Position numbers and translations under genes: made by a program. Positions 1 to 9,849 of a stretch of DNA of 64,000 nt are shown piece by piece (position 1 is the first letter of the stretch; each line of letters begins with the position of its first letter). The notes under the pieces were generated by a model that was given only the letters and a program-made list of their open reading frames with translations, made no database searches and was not told where the DNA came from. The DNA comes from Candidatus Cybelea sp. (GTDB lineage Bacteria > Vulcanimicrobiota > Vulcanimicrobiia > Vulcanimicrobiales > Vulcanimicrobiaceae): NCBI GenBank assembly GCA_035308305.1, contig DATGGV010000022.1:20097-84096 (forward strand), written 5' to 3'.

Positions 1-51
1 TTGGCGGTATCCTCTTACCAAATGGCACGCATCATGAAGGAGACGAGCTAA

Positions 52-396
52 ATGATCAAGGGAATCGACCTCAGCGCCTACCTCGTAAAAGACCCCCAAG
101 CGGCGATCGCGTTCTACCGCGACGTTCTCGGCATGCAGCCCACCGCGATCGACGATCAAGGGCGCGGCGCCGAGTTCACCCTGCCCGACGGTTCGACGTT
201 CGGCGTTTGGAAACCCGAAGACGGCGAGACCGGCGGCGCGGTCATGTTCGCGGTCGACGATGCCAAAGCGGCGATCGAACACTATCGTGCACGCGGGCTC
301 AAGCTCAGTGACGTGATGGAGTCGCCCGTCTGTTTTATGGCGTTCGGGTCAGACCCTGAAGGAAACGGCTTCATCATCCATCAGCGCAAAGCGTAG
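52..396 (+). CDS. VOC (glyoxalase/bleomycin-resistance/dioxygenase) family protein
   Basis: 114-aa ORF. 'IDLSAYLVKDPQAAIAFYRDVLGM' and 'FGSDPEGNGFIIHQ' look like the two VOC half-domain motifs. The 3' end overlaps the convergent yafY-like gene by 16 nt. Confidence 0.8.
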   Translation: MIKGIDLSAYLVKDPQAAIAFYRDVLGMQPTAIDDQGRGAEFTLPDGSTFGVWKPEDGETGGAVMFAVDDAKAAIEHYRARGLKLSDVMESPVCFMAFGSDPEGNGFIIHQRKA

Positions 397-1331
397 CGCG
401 TCAGTGCGTGCCGTGCTCGCGCGACGATCTCGTCGCGCAGCGCGGCGGGCTCGACGACCGTCGCAACGTCGGCCCACGCGATTGCTTGAAAGAGCGCGAC
501 CTCGCGGCCCGCAAACGTGACGCGCACCCGCGTTTCGCGAGAGTCTTCCGCGATGATCTCGGCAGGCCAGTAATACGTGATACGGTCGATGGCGTCGTTG
601 GGGACGCAGAACGTCACGCCGCAGTCGGCGCTGCGCGACGCCTCGGCAAAGCGCGACGACGACTCGGCCCAATAGCGCTCCAAATCGAAATCCTCGGGTC
701 GCTCGAAACGCTCGGCAAGCTCGTGCGCGCTGTCGACACGGTCGACGCGGAAACTGCGCAGCCCACCCTCGGAGCGAGCGACGAGATACCACACGCCCGC
801 CTTCGAGACCAGGCCCAAAGGCTCGACGCTTCGCGTCGACGACTTGCGATTGCGATCTTCGTACCGGATGCGAAGGCGGCGATCGTCCCATACCGCCCGG
901 CGAAGCGTCGCAAGCAGTTCCAACGGCGGCTCGGGTTGGTTCCATCGGCGTTGATCGAGATGAATTCGCGAGCACGATTTATCGGCGGCGCGTTGATGGA
1001 CGTCGGCGAGGGCGCCGCGCAACTTTTCGAGCGCGCGCGTCAGGCCCCGCTCGAGCCCGAGGTCCGCGAGTGGACTCGCGCCCGAGGCAAAGAGCGCCCG
1101 GACCTCATCTTCACTGAAGAAGGTCAGGGCTCGGCGGTAGCCGTCGGAGAGCGCAATTCCACCGGCAGCGCCGCGTTCCGCGTAGACCGGCACGCCGGCC
1201 GCACTGAGCGCATCGACATCGCGGTAGATCGTGCGCTCGGAGACTTCGAGGTGGTCCGCCAGCACGCGCGCGCTGCACTGGCGGCGCGACTGGAGCAACA
1301 GCAGGAGCGCGACGAGCCGGTCAGCCTTCAC
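381..1331 (-). CDS. YafY-family transcriptional regulator (N-terminal HTH plus WYL domain)
   Basis: 316 aa. N-terminus 'RLVALLLLLQSRRQCSARVLADHLEVSERTIYRDVDALSAAGVPVYAERGAAGGIAL' is the typical HTH_11/DeoR-like YafY head. The central 'RIRYEDRNRKSSTRSVEPLGLVSKAGVWYLVA' is WYL-like. Confidence 0.85.
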   Translation of the reverse strand: MKADRLVALLLLLQSRRQCSARVLADHLEVSERTIYRDVDALSAAGVPVYAERGAAGGIALSDGYRRALTFFSEDEVRALFASGASPLADLGLERGLTRALEKLRGALADVHQRAADKSCSRIHLDQRRWNQPEPPLELLATLRRAVWDDRRLRIRYEDRNRKSSTRSVEPLGLVSKAGVWYLVARSEGGLRSFRVDRVDSAHELAERFERPEDFDLERYWAESSSRFAEASRSADCGVTFCVPNDAIDRITYYWPAEIIAEDSRETRVRVTFAGREVALFQAIAWADVATVVEPAALRDEIVARARHALTRYALR

Positions 1332-1644
1332 AGTTCGATCAAACTACGGCAATATGACAACGTATGTCAACTATGTTAGCTCGCTTGCTAAGCTATTAAA
1401 GAATTTGTTGACCATAATACTTTTTTCATATTTCTATGGCAGAATAAGTTAACCAGGGTCCTATCCCTTGAGGGGGGATCGCACGATGAGAGCCACCCGT
1501 CCAGTCACCGCGTGCTCCAACCCCGGCAGCCCGATCCGCCGATCACCCGACTGCGGTCGTGCGGGCGCCGACAAAAACATGTGGTTCGTCGAAACTGCGA
1601 CCAACCGGCTGGGCCGCGTAATGCTCTAGAGTAGGACCTCCGAG
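1332..1644. promoter_or_regulatory. AT-rich divergent intergenic region between the yafY-like gene and the Vgb-like array; contains the inverted repeat TGACA-N5-TGTCA (1355-1369)
   Basis: The 1340-1450 stretch is far more AT-rich than its surroundings. A TTGACC hexamer lies at 1408-1413 and CATAAT at 1413-1418. The palindromic arms tgaca/tgtca lie at 1355-1359 and 1365-1369, 24 nt upstream of the regulator start. No promoter could be assigned unambiguously. Confidence 0.4.
1500..1628 (+). pseudogene. Decayed 3' remnant of a fifth Vgb-like propeller paralog (frameshifted)
   Basis: Two frames together read '...SADHPTAVVRAP' / 'DKNMWFVETATNRLGRVML*'. This matches the C-terminus of the paralog at 4911-5966 ('[27 protein letters not shown]'). 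The frame switches at the run acaaaaaca (about 1570-1578). No upstream blades or start codon are present. Confidence 0.6.
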
Positions 1645-2718
1645 ATGATTGCTATGCGATTCACTGTCGTCGTTGTCTTAGCGGCGTTTGCCGCCGGCGC
1701 GGCGGGCTGCTCGAATCCGGCCGGGGTCGTGCCGGGAAGTGCCGCTACGCAGCAACGCGCGTCGTTCCCGATGCCGTTTGCAAAGGAACGCGTAAAGGTC
1801 AAAGAGTTTTTCGACCTTCCACAGTACAGCAACGACTACTCGCCGTCGGCCATCACTTCAGGGCCGGAGCATTCGCTCTGGGTGACCGACGTAATCGATC
1901 AAGATTACGGCGAAAACTTGGTCGCTCGAATCGACACGTCGGGCACGCGGCTAAAGACCTTCTACTACCAAGGGCGGTCAACCGAAGGGTCCTCATTCGT
2001 CGACCTCACCGCGGGCCCCGACGGCGCCCTGTGGATTACCGACTATTACAACTGGCAGATCGTGCGCATGACGACCGACGGCAAGTTTTCAACCTATCCG
2101 GTGCAGACCGCTCCGATCGGAATTACGGTCGGCCCCGATAAGGCGCTCTGGTTTACCGAATACAGCGTAATCGGACGCATCACGACGAAAGGCACCGTTA
2201 CCACCTATGACGCCGGCGACGGCGACATCGACATTACCGCGGGTCCGGACGGCGCGTTGTGGTTTACCGAGCTGACCGGCAACGCGATCGGGCGTATCAC
2301 GACCGCCGGAAAGCTCACGACGTACACGACCGGCATCAGCAGCGCAGCCGGCCCTTACTGGATCGCCCCGGGGCCCGATGGCGCACTCTGGTTCACCGAA
2401 GGGACCGGCGGGCGCATCGGGCGCATCACCACCAGCGGTAAAGTCACCGAATACTCCCATGGAATTACTCCGACCGAAGAGCCCGAGGCCATCGCCGCCG
2501 GCCCCGACGGCGCTATGTGGTTCACCGAATACGAGAGCTACGATTCGTACCAGATACGCGAGTCGAAGATTGGGCGCATCACGATGAGCGGCAAGATCAC
2601 CGAGTACTCGAAAGGTCTTTCGGGCGGTTCGGGGCCGGGCGATATTGTTTCGGGGCCAGACGGCAACATGTGGTTCGTCGAAACATATACGGACAGCACC
2701 GGCCGCGCCACGCTCTAG
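1645..2718 (+). CDS. Vgb-like (virginiamycin B lyase fold) seven-bladed beta-propeller lipoprotein, paralog 1
   Basis: 357 aa. Lipoprotein signal 'AAFAAGAAGC|SN'. Seven repeats of 'GP(D/E)xxLW(F/V/I)T(E/D)...IGRIT..GK.TEY'. Confidence 0.85.
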   Translation: MIAMRFTVVVVLAAFAAGAAGCSNPAGVVPGSAATQQRASFPMPFAKERVKVKEFFDLPQYSNDYSPSAITSGPEHSLWVTDVIDQDYGENLVARIDTSGTRLKTFYYQGRSTEGSSFVDLTAGPDGALWITDYYNWQIVRMTTDGKFSTYPVQTAPIGITVGPDKALWFTEYSVIGRITTKGTVTTYDAGDGDIDITAGPDGALWFTELTGNAIGRITTAGKLTTYTTGISSAAGPYWIAPGPDGALWFTEGTGGRIGRITTSGKVTEYSHGITPTEEPEAIAAGPDGAMWFTEYESYDSYQIRESKIGRITMSGKITEYSKGLSGGSGPGDIVSGPDGNMWFVETYTDSTGRATL

Positions 2719-2730
2719 AAAGGAGCAGCA

Positions 2731-3804
2731 ATGACTCGCATGAGATTTACCTTCGTCGCCCTGCTGGCTGCGCTCGCTGCCGGTGCGGCGGGTTGCTCGA
2801 ACTCGGGTAGCGTCGTTCCCGCCGGCGGTCTCCCATCGCATCTCCCGCAATCTGGGCAGTCCGCCAAGGAGGGCGTAACGATTACGGAGTTCGCCGATCT
2901 GCCCGAGTACAGCGGATACTACGTTCCCACAGCAATCGCGGCAGGTCCCGAGCGGTCGCTTTGGGTTACGGACGACATCGACCAGGATTTCGGCGAGTGC
3001 GCGGTTGCGCGCATCGCGACGTCCGGCAAACTCATCAAGGCGTACTATTATGGGGGCGTGACGAGTGAGGGCGCCTCGTTTGCCGACATCACCGAGGGCC
3101 CCGACGGCGCGTTGTGGATCACCGATTCCTATAACTCGCAAATTCTTCGCATGACCACCGACGGCACGTTCACGAGCTTTCCATTGACCGCCAGCCCTCA
3201 AAGCATCACCGTCGGGCCCGATAAGGCGCTATGGTTCACCGAAAACACCAATGGCTCCGTAATCGGTAGAATCACGACGAAGGGTGCAATCAAAACGTAC
3301 GGCGCGCAGGGCGACGTGGAAGATATTGCTGCGGGGCCCGACGGAGCGCTTTGGTTCACGGAGTTCGACGGCGCGATCGGCCGAATCACGACCCACGGAA
3401 AGATTACCCAATACTCAAACGGCATTACCTCGGGCTCGGAGCCTTACTCGATTGCGCCGGGGCCCGACGGCGCGATGTGGTTTACCGAACTGGCGGGCGG
3501 CAGCATCGGCCGGATCACGATGGCAGGGAAGGTCACGGAGTATTCGCACGGGATCACCCAAGGCGAAGCACCGGTCGATCTCGCCGCGGGAGCCGACGGA
3601 GCGATGTGGTTTACCGAATCGGAGTCTCACGACTCCTATCGAACCGAGGCGAAGATCGGTCGAATCACGACGAATGGCAAGATTATCGAATACGCCAAAA
3701 ACTTAGCCTCGAACTCATATCCTACCTCGATAGTGGGAGCGCCGGACGGTAATATGTGGTTCGTCGAGACCGATGCGGATCGTACCGGTCGCGTGAGGAT
3801 CTAG
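2731..3804 (+). CDS. Vgb-like beta-propeller lipoprotein, paralog 2
   Basis: 357 aa. Lipobox 'AAGAAGC|SN' and seven [10 protein letters not shown]-type blades. An AAGGAG Shine-Dalgarno sequence sits in the 12-nt gap after paralog 1. Confidence 0.85.
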   Translation: MTRMRFTFVALLAALAAGAAGCSNSGSVVPAGGLPSHLPQSGQSAKEGVTITEFADLPEYSGYYVPTAIAAGPERSLWVTDDIDQDFGECAVARIATSGKLIKAYYYGGVTSEGASFADITEGPDGALWITDSYNSQILRMTTDGTFTSFPLTASPQSITVGPDKALWFTENTNGSVIGRITTKGAIKTYGAQGDVEDIAAGPDGALWFTEFDGAIGRITTHGKITQYSNGITSGSEPYSIAPGPDGAMWFTELAGGSIGRITMAGKVTEYSHGITQGEAPVDLAAGADGAMWFTESESHDSYRTEAKIGRITTNGKIIEYAKNLASNSYPTSIVGAPDGNMWFVETDADRTGRVRI

Positions 3805-3808
3805 CGCT

Positions 3809-4891
3809 ATGAAGACCGGCCGTCTTTTCAGCCTCGTCGCATCGGCAGCGCTTGCCGCGGGACTACACGGCTGCTCGAACTCCGGCGGCAACGTCGTCGT
3901 GCCCGCCGGCGGAGGAGTAGTGCAACCTGTGCCCGCGGAGTCTCACTTTGCCGCCGAACACATCAAGATCAAAGAGTTCTCCGACCTGCCGCAGTATGGC
4001 CCGTACTATTTCCCGAGCGCGGTGACCGTCGGCCCCGACAACTCACTCTGGGTTACCGACAACATCGACCAAGACGTCGGCGAATCCGCCGTTGCGCGCG
4101 TGGCTACTTCGGGTAAGCTCGTCAACACCTATTATTATGGCGGCATCACGAGCGAAGGCTCATACTTCAACGACATCGCGGCGGGTTCCGACGGCGCGTT
4201 GTGGTTGACCGATGAATACAACGACCAGATCCTCAGGCTGACGACCGACGGGACCTTCACCGGCTTTCCGTTGCACGACAGCGACCCGGTCGGCATCGTG
4301 GCCGGCCCCGATAAGGCTCTGTGGTTTGCCAACGGCACCAATGGCGATGGGGTCGGCCGCATTACCACCCAAGGCCAGATCACGACGTACGGTGCGGGCC
4401 CTTCGTTGGATATTGCCGTGGGATCGGATGGCGCGCTGTGGTGCACCGAATACTCGGCCAATCAGATCGGCCGGGTTACGACGAAAGGGAAGATCAGCGG
4501 ATACTCAAAAGGCATTTCGAGCGGCGCAGAACCTTACTCGATCGCGCCTGGGCCCGACGGCGCGCTCTGGTTTACCGAGTATGCGGGAGGCAGAATCGGC
4601 CGCATCACGACTTCGGGAAAGGTGACCGAGTATTCGCGCGGGATCACGCCGTCGGAGCACCCGATCGACCTGGCAGCCGGTCCGGATCACGCGATGTGGT
4701 TCACCGAGTACGAATTGCAGAACTCGTATCCGAGCAACGCGAGGATCGGACGCATCACGATGGACGGCAAGATTACCGAATACGCCGGATTCGATTCCAC
4801 CTCCGAGCCCACCAGCATCGTGCAAGGGCCAAAAGGCGACATGTGGTTTGTAGAGAGCGCTACCGATCGGATGGGACGTGTGCGCATATGA
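3809..4891 (+). CDS. Vgb-like beta-propeller lipoprotein, paralog 3
   Basis: 360 aa. Lipobox 'AAGLHGC|SN' and seven blades. There is a 4-nt gap after paralog 2. Confidence 0.85.
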   Translation: MKTGRLFSLVASAALAAGLHGCSNSGGNVVVPAGGGVVQPVPAESHFAAEHIKIKEFSDLPQYGPYYFPSAVTVGPDNSLWVTDNIDQDVGESAVARVATSGKLVNTYYYGGITSEGSYFNDIAAGSDGALWLTDEYNDQILRLTTDGTFTGFPLHDSDPVGIVAGPDKALWFANGTNGDGVGRITTQGQITTYGAGPSLDIAVGSDGALWCTEYSANQIGRVTTKGKISGYSKGISSGAEPYSIAPGPDGALWFTEYAGGRIGRITTSGKVTEYSRGITPSEHPIDLAAGPDHAMWFTEYELQNSYPSNARIGRITMDGKITEYAGFDSTSEPTSIVQGPKGDMWFVESATDRMGRVRI

Positions 4892-4910
4892 TGAACAGGA
4901 GAGTCTGACC

Positions 4911-5966
4911 ATGAATCGGATCGTCGTGGCTGGCGCGCTTTTGGCGGTGATGTGCGGCTGCTTCCAGTCCGGCAGCTTGCCCTCGCCGGCGGCCGGCGTT
5001 CTACCGGCCGTCAAGCACGTCAAGATCGAAGAGTTCTCCGATCTTCCCGGCAGCAGTTCGTATTACTTCCCGACGGCCTTGACCGTCGGGTCGGACGGTC
5101 AGCTTTGGATCGCCGACGACGTCGATCAGGATTACGGCGAGAGTGCGGTGGTGCGCGTGTCGACTTCCGCGAAGCGAACCGGCACGTATTATTACTACAA
5201 CTCCGCGAGCCCGGCGTTCGAAGGCATCGCCCAGGGATCCGACGGCGCTTATTGGCTTACGGACTGGGCCGATGGTGTGATCGTCCGATTCGCGCACGGG
5301 AAAATGAAAAAGTATAACGTCGCGAACAGCGATCTCTCCGACATCGTCGCCGGTCCTGACGGTGCACTCTGGTTCGCCGAGGGCGACTCCGTCGGGCGAA
5401 TCACCACCAAAGGCAAGATCACGATCTATGCCACGGGTGCCCGGCAGGCGACCTACTTGGATGACCTCGGCGTCGAGGACATCACCGTCGGGCCCGACGG
5501 CGCGCTCTGGTTTACCAAGAAGAGTGGAAATGCGATCGGGCGCATCACGACGGTTGGGAAGATCACGGAATACACGGCCGGAATTTCGGCCGGCGCCGGC
5601 CTTACTTCGATCGCTCCCGGGCCCGACGGCGCGCTTTGGTTCACCGAGATGAGCGGCGGGCGCATTGGGCGCATTACCACGGAGGGAAGCGTCACCGAAT
5701 ATTCGACCGGCATCTCCGAAGGCGAACAGCCCGTCGGCATCGCCGCCGGTCCCGACGGCGCGATGTGGTTTACCGAGTACGAGGGCAATTACGCTTACTA
5801 CGGCGCGAAGATCGGCCGAATCACGATGCGCGGTAAGATCGCCGAGTACTCCAATATCAGCTCGACCTCGGGACCGACCGCGATCGTGCAGGGGCCCGAC
5901 GGCAACATGTGGTTCGTCGAAACCTCTACCAATAAGTTAGGCCGAGTCGACCTCTCGGGAACCTGA
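4911..5966 (+). CDS. Vgb-like beta-propeller lipoprotein, paralog 4 (most divergent)
   Basis: Start taken at ATG 4911 ('[17 protein letters not shown]|FQS' lipobox, AGGAG 10 nt upstream) rather than at the ORF-track start 4878. Seven blades. The C-terminal extension 'DLSGT' makes it overlap the convergent acnA by 30 nt. Confidence 0.8.
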   Translation: MNRIVVAGALLAVMCGCFQSGSLPSPAAGVLPAVKHVKIEEFSDLPGSSSYYFPTALTVGSDGQLWIADDVDQDYGESAVVRVSTSAKRTGTYYYYNSASPAFEGIAQGSDGAYWLTDWADGVIVRFAHGKMKKYNVANSDLSDIVAGPDGALWFAEGDSVGRITTKGKITIYATGARQATYLDDLGVEDITVGPDGALWFTKKSGNAIGRITTVGKITEYTAGISAGAGLTSIAPGPDGALWFTEMSGGRIGRITTEGSVTEYSTGISEGEQPVGIAAGPDGAMWFTEYEGNYAYYGAKIGRITMRGKIAEYSNISSTSGPTAIVQGPDGNMWFVETSTNKLGRVDLSGT

Positions 5967-8684
5967 TCGCAGCTGACGCAGAACGTACTGCAAGATTCCG
6001 CCGTGCCGGTAGTATTGGGCTTCGTTCGGCGTGTCGATGCGAACCCGTACGTTGAACTCGATCGATCGGCCGCTCTGCACGTCGGTAGCTTTGACGCGCG
6101 CGCGCATCCGCGGCTCGAGGCTCGCCGCTATGCCGGTGATGTCGAAGAGTTCTTCGCCGGTCAGACCGTAGGTCGAGCGATCCGCACCATCGACGTACTC
6201 GAGGGGCAGGACGCCCATCCCGATCAAGTTGCTGCGGTGAATGCGCTCGAAGGAATCGGCGATCACCGCCTTGATTCCGAGCAGATAGGGTCCTTTCGCC
6301 GCCCAATCGCGTGACGATCCCGAGCCGTACTCTTTGCCGGCGAGCACGATCAGCGGCGTACCGCCGGCCTTGTATTTCATCGCCGCGTCGAAGATCGACA
6401 TCGTTTCGCCGGTCGGCAGGTAGCGGGTAACCCCGCCCTCAGTTCCCGGAGCGAGCGCATTGCGCAGGCGAATGTTCGCGAAGGTTCCCCGCATCATCAC
6501 CTCGTGATTGCCGCGCCGCGCGCCATAGGAGTTGAAGTCCCCCGGCTCGATTCCGTGCTCCATCAGGTACTTCGCCGCCGGGCTGCTCTTCGAAATGCTG
6601 CCCGCCGGTGAGATATGGTCGGTCGTCACCGAGTCGCCGAGCACGGCAATCGCGCGGGCTCCGTGCACGTCTTGCAGCGGCGCTGGGCGCTCCGGCATGC
6701 CGTCGAAGTACGGCGGCTTCTTGACGTACTCCGATTTCGCATCCCAGGCGTAACGCTCGCTGGTCGCAACATTGAGGCCGCGCCAGTTCTCGTCGCCATC
6801 GAACACGTGAGCGTACTCGCGCTCGAACATCTCCTCGCCGATGCACGCGGCCATCGTTTTGGCGATCTCGTCGTTACTCGGCCAAATCTCCGCGAGGTAG
6901 ACCGGACGACCGTCGCTGCCGATCCCCAACGGCTCGCTGGTTAAGTCGACGTCCATCCGTCCCGTCAGGGCGTAGGCGACGACCAACGGCGGCGAGGCCA
7001 AGTAGTTCGCGCGAACCTGCGGGTGGATGCGTCCTTCGAAGTTGCGATTTCCCGAAAGCACCGCCGCGACGATCAGATCCCGATCGGCAACCGCTTCGGC
7101 GACGTCGGAGGAGAGCGGTCCGGAGTTGCCGATGCAGGTGGTGCAGCCATACCCGACGAGGTTGAAGCCGAGCCGATCCAGATATTCGCGCAGGCCGGCC
7201 TTCTTCAAATAATCGGTGACGACTTTGGAGCCGGGCGCGAGCGACGTCTTGACCCACGGCTGCGTGCGAAGACCGCGCTCGACGGCATTGCGCGCGAGCA
7301 GCCCCGCGCCGACCAGTACCGATGGATTCGAGGTGTTCGTGCAGCTGGTGATCGCAGCGATGACGACGGCGCCGTCATAAAGCTCGGATTCAGCGGTCTG
7401 TGCGATCGTCGCCGTTCCGCCGCCGCCTTCGTCCTCGAAGCGCGCCACCGCTCCGTTGGCGCGGTCGCGCGCCGCCGTCCAGCTCTCCATCGCGCTTTGA
7501 AACGAGTTCTTGACGTCGCGCAGCGCGACGCGGTCTTGCGGACGGCTGGGGCCCGCAAGGCTCGGCTCGACGCTGCCGAGATCGAGCGCAAGCGTGTCGG
7601 CAAACTCGGGATCGGGCGACGCATCGGTTCGAAAGAGCCCTTGCGCTTTGGCATAGGCTTCGACCAAGGCGATCTGCTCTTGCGGACGACCGGTTAGGCG
7701 AAGATATTCGAGCGTGCGCCCGTCGATCGGAAAGATCGCCACCGTCGAACCGAACTCGGGCGACATATTGCTGATCGTCGTCCTATCGACGACGGGCAGC
7801 GCCGAGAGTCCCTGGCCGTAAAACTCGACGAACTTCCCAACGACGCCTTTGTGGCGCAGCATCTGCGCGACGGTCAGCACCAAATCGGTCGCGGTCACGC
7901 CTTCGCGCAACGCTCCGTCCAACCGGAAGCCGATTACTTCGGGAATCAGCATCGTCACCGGCTGGCCGAGCATCGCCGCTTCGGCCTCGATCCCGCCGAC
8001 GCCCCACGCCAGCACGCCTAGGCCGTTGACCATCGTCGTATGCGAATCGGTCCCAACCGCGGTGTCGGGATAGGCCATCGGCGCCCCACCAGCGCCGCCG
8101 AAGACCACGCGCGCGAGATACTCGATGTTGACTTGATGAACGATCCCGGTTCCCGGGGGGACGACGCGAAAATCTTGCAGCGCGGATTGTCCCCATTTCA
8201 AGAATGCGTAGCGTTCCCGATTGCGCTCGAACTCCAGCTCGGTGTTCTTCGCCAGCGCACCGGCGTTCGCAAAGTAGTCGACTTGCACCGAGTGATCGAT
8301 CACCAGTTCGACCGGCTGCAGCGGATTGATGACGCGAGCGTCGCCGCCGATCTCGGCCATTGCGTCGCGCATCGCCGCCAGATCGACGACGCACGGAACG
8401 CCGGTGAAATCCTGAAGCAGGACACGAGCCGGAGTGAAGGCGATCTCGCGTTCTCGGCCGCCACGGCCGTCGTAGCGCCCGAGCGCTTCGATATCGTCAC
8501 GCTTGACGGCGCGCCCGTCCTCGCAGCGCAGTAAGTTCTCGAGCAAAATCTTGAGCGAGAAGGGAAGGCGTGAAAGTTTTCCTATTCCCCCGCGCTCCAG
8601 CGCATCGAGCCGGAAATAGGCATACGAACGATCGCCGGCGCGCAGCGAATCGAGCGCGCCAAAGCTATTGGGATGAGGGTTCAT
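5937..8684 (-). CDS. acnA: Aconitate hydratase A
   Basis: 915 aa. Motifs '[20 protein letters not shown]', '[13 protein letters not shown]' and '[14 protein letters not shown]' (Fe-S cysteine ligands), and '[16 protein letters not shown]'. Confidence 0.95.
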   Translation of the reverse strand: MNPHPNSFGALDSLRAGDRSYAYFRLDALERGGIGKLSRLPFSLKILLENLLRCEDGRAVKRDDIEALGRYDGRGGREREIAFTPARVLLQDFTGVPCVVDLAAMRDAMAEIGGDARVINPLQPVELVIDHSVQVDYFANAGALAKNTELEFERNRERYAFLKWGQSALQDFRVVPPGTGIVHQVNIEYLARVVFGGAGGAPMAYPDTAVGTDSHTTMVNGLGVLAWGVGGIEAEAAMLGQPVTMLIPEVIGFRLDGALREGVTATDLVLTVAQMLRHKGVVGKFVEFYGQGLSALPVVDRTTISNMSPEFGSTVAIFPIDGRTLEYLRLTGRPQEQIALVEAYAKAQGLFRTDASPDPEFADTLALDLGSVEPSLAGPSRPQDRVALRDVKNSFQSAMESWTAARDRANGAVARFEDEGGGGTATIAQTAESELYDGAVVIAAITSCTNTSNPSVLVGAGLLARNAVERGLRTQPWVKTSLAPGSKVVTDYLKKAGLREYLDRLGFNLVGYGCTTCIGNSGPLSSDVAEAVADRDLIVAAVLSGNRNFEGRIHPQVRANYLASPPLVVAYALTGRMDVDLTSEPLGIGSDGRPVYLAEIWPSNDEIAKTMAACIGEEMFEREYAHVFDGDENWRGLNVATSERYAWDAKSEYVKKPPYFDGMPERPAPLQDVHGARAIAVLGDSVTTDHISPAGSISKSSPAAKYLMEHGIEPGDFNSYGARRGNHEVMMRGTFANIRLRNALAPGTEGGVTRYLPTGETMSIFDAAMKYKAGGTPLIVLAGKEYGSGSSRDWAAKGPYLLGIKAVIADSFERIHRSNLIGMGVLPLEYVDGADRSTYGLTGEELFDITGIAASLEPRMRARVKATDVQSGRSIEFNVRVRIDTPNEAQYYRHGGILQYVLRQLRSGSREVDSA

Positions 8685-9849
8685 CGAGCAACTGTACTTT
8701 CGGATCCCCGTCGGCGTAGCCTTCGATCCTCAGCACCGCTTCGCCGTGGAGCATCCGCCAGAGCGGTTCGGCGACGAGTCCCAGCCGCCACGGCTGCAGT
8801 GCCAAGACGCGCTCGAAACTCTCGCGGTCCAGGGGAATCTCGCGCGCCAACCGCTCGAGCGCCGCCCGCGGCACCAGCAGGCTGGAGGGCAGCTCGGCCT
8901 CGCGTGCTATTTCCGCGATCGCCGCGCCAAGCAGCGAAACGAGCGCATCGCGCGACGGCGCCGCCGGGCGCACCGGGCGTTGCGGGAGCTCGTCTTCGGA
9001 GAGTGCCTGACCGCGAGCTACAGCCGCAAGAATCGAAGGGCCAAGCTGCCGCTTCATCCCGCCGTCAAACCGGCGGAGTTGGGCAAAATCATCGGTCTTC
9101 GTGGGCTTTGTCGCCGCAAGCCCGGCCATGACGTCATCGGGGAGCACGTACCGCACCGGGAGGTCACGTTCGCGCGCGACCGCGTCGCGCAGCTTTACGA
9201 GCTCGTTGAGAATGCCCAGTTCCCGCCGGCTCATCCGCATCGCGCCGGGGACGCGCAGATAGGTGCGGCGCTCGTCCATGCGATATCGCTCGATGTCGCC
9301 GAGCTCCGCGCACTCCTCAAAGACCCATTCGTAGCGCCCTTTGCGCTCCAGGCGCGGAAGCAGCGTGTCGTAGACCGGCAGCAGATGGACGACGTCGTCG
9401 ACGAGGTATTCGATTTGCCGTTCGGAGAACGGGCGCGCCGACCAGTCGCTGACGGTTTGCGATTTGGGCAAGCGTACGCCGCAGACGCTGCGCACCAGGT
9501 CGGCGAGCGAGATCTGCATGCCGTAGCCGAGAAACGACGCCGCGATTTGCGTATCGAAAACGCGCGACGGCACCAGGGCGTAGCGATCGGCGAAGATCTT
9601 CAAATCTGCCGACAGTGCGTGGCCGACGACCGTGGTTTGAGTGAGCGCTAAGACGAGCTGTCGTAAGTCGGTCAGCGCAAGCGCGTCGACGATGACGGCG
9701 CCGTCGTCGAAGGCGAGCTGCACGACCATGAGCCGCGCCGAGTAGGTGCGCTCGGCGTGGAACTCGGTATCCAGTGCAACGCGCCCCGCATCGCGAACGC
9801 GAGCGCAAAGCGCATCGAGACCGGCTCGATCCGCAACGATCGGCGTCAC
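8665..9849 (-). CDS. rnd: Ribonuclease D (DEDD 3'-5' exonuclease plus HRDC)
   Basis: '[22 protein letters not shown]' is the Exo I motif and '[13 protein letters not shown]' is Exo III-like. Start reassigned to GTG 9849, which forms a GTGA overlap with the upstream stop. The ORF-track ATG at 9948 would overlap the upstream gene by 100 nt. Confidence 0.8.
   Translation of the reverse strand: MTPIVADRAGLDALCARVRDAGRVALDTEFHAERTYSARLMVVQLAFDDGAVIVDALALTDLRQLVLALTQTTVVGHALSADLKIFADRYALVPSRVFDTQIAASFLGYGMQISLADLVRSVCGVRLPKSQTVSDWSARPFSERQIEYLVDDVVHLLPVYDTLLPRLERKGRYEWVFEECAELGDIERYRMDERRTYLRVPGAMRMSRRELGILNELVKLRDAVARERDLPVRYVLPDDVMAGLAATKPTKTDDFAQLRRFDGGMKRQLGPSILAAVARGQALSEDELPQRPVRPAAPSRDALVSLLGAAIAEIAREAELPSSLLVPRAALERLAREIPLDRESFERVLALQPWRLGLVAEPLWRMLHGEAVLRIEGYADGDPKVQLLDEPSSQ

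Larger units (their letters stand above)
1645..5966 (+). repeat. Tandem array of four about 1.07-kb paralogous genes with about 28 copies of an intragenic blade repeat
   Basis: DNA strings such as 'gggcccgacggcgcgctctggtttaccga' recur throughout 1.9-5.9 kb. The genes are head-to-tail with gaps of 4-19 nt. Confidence 0.8.

Noticed and set aside
2089-3201. A 370-aa minus-strand ORF, together with many 60-195-aa ORFs across the Vgb-like array.
   Set aside because: These are antisense or out-of-frame shadows of the propeller genes. They inherit the blade periodicity but have Arg/Pro/Gly-rich composition.
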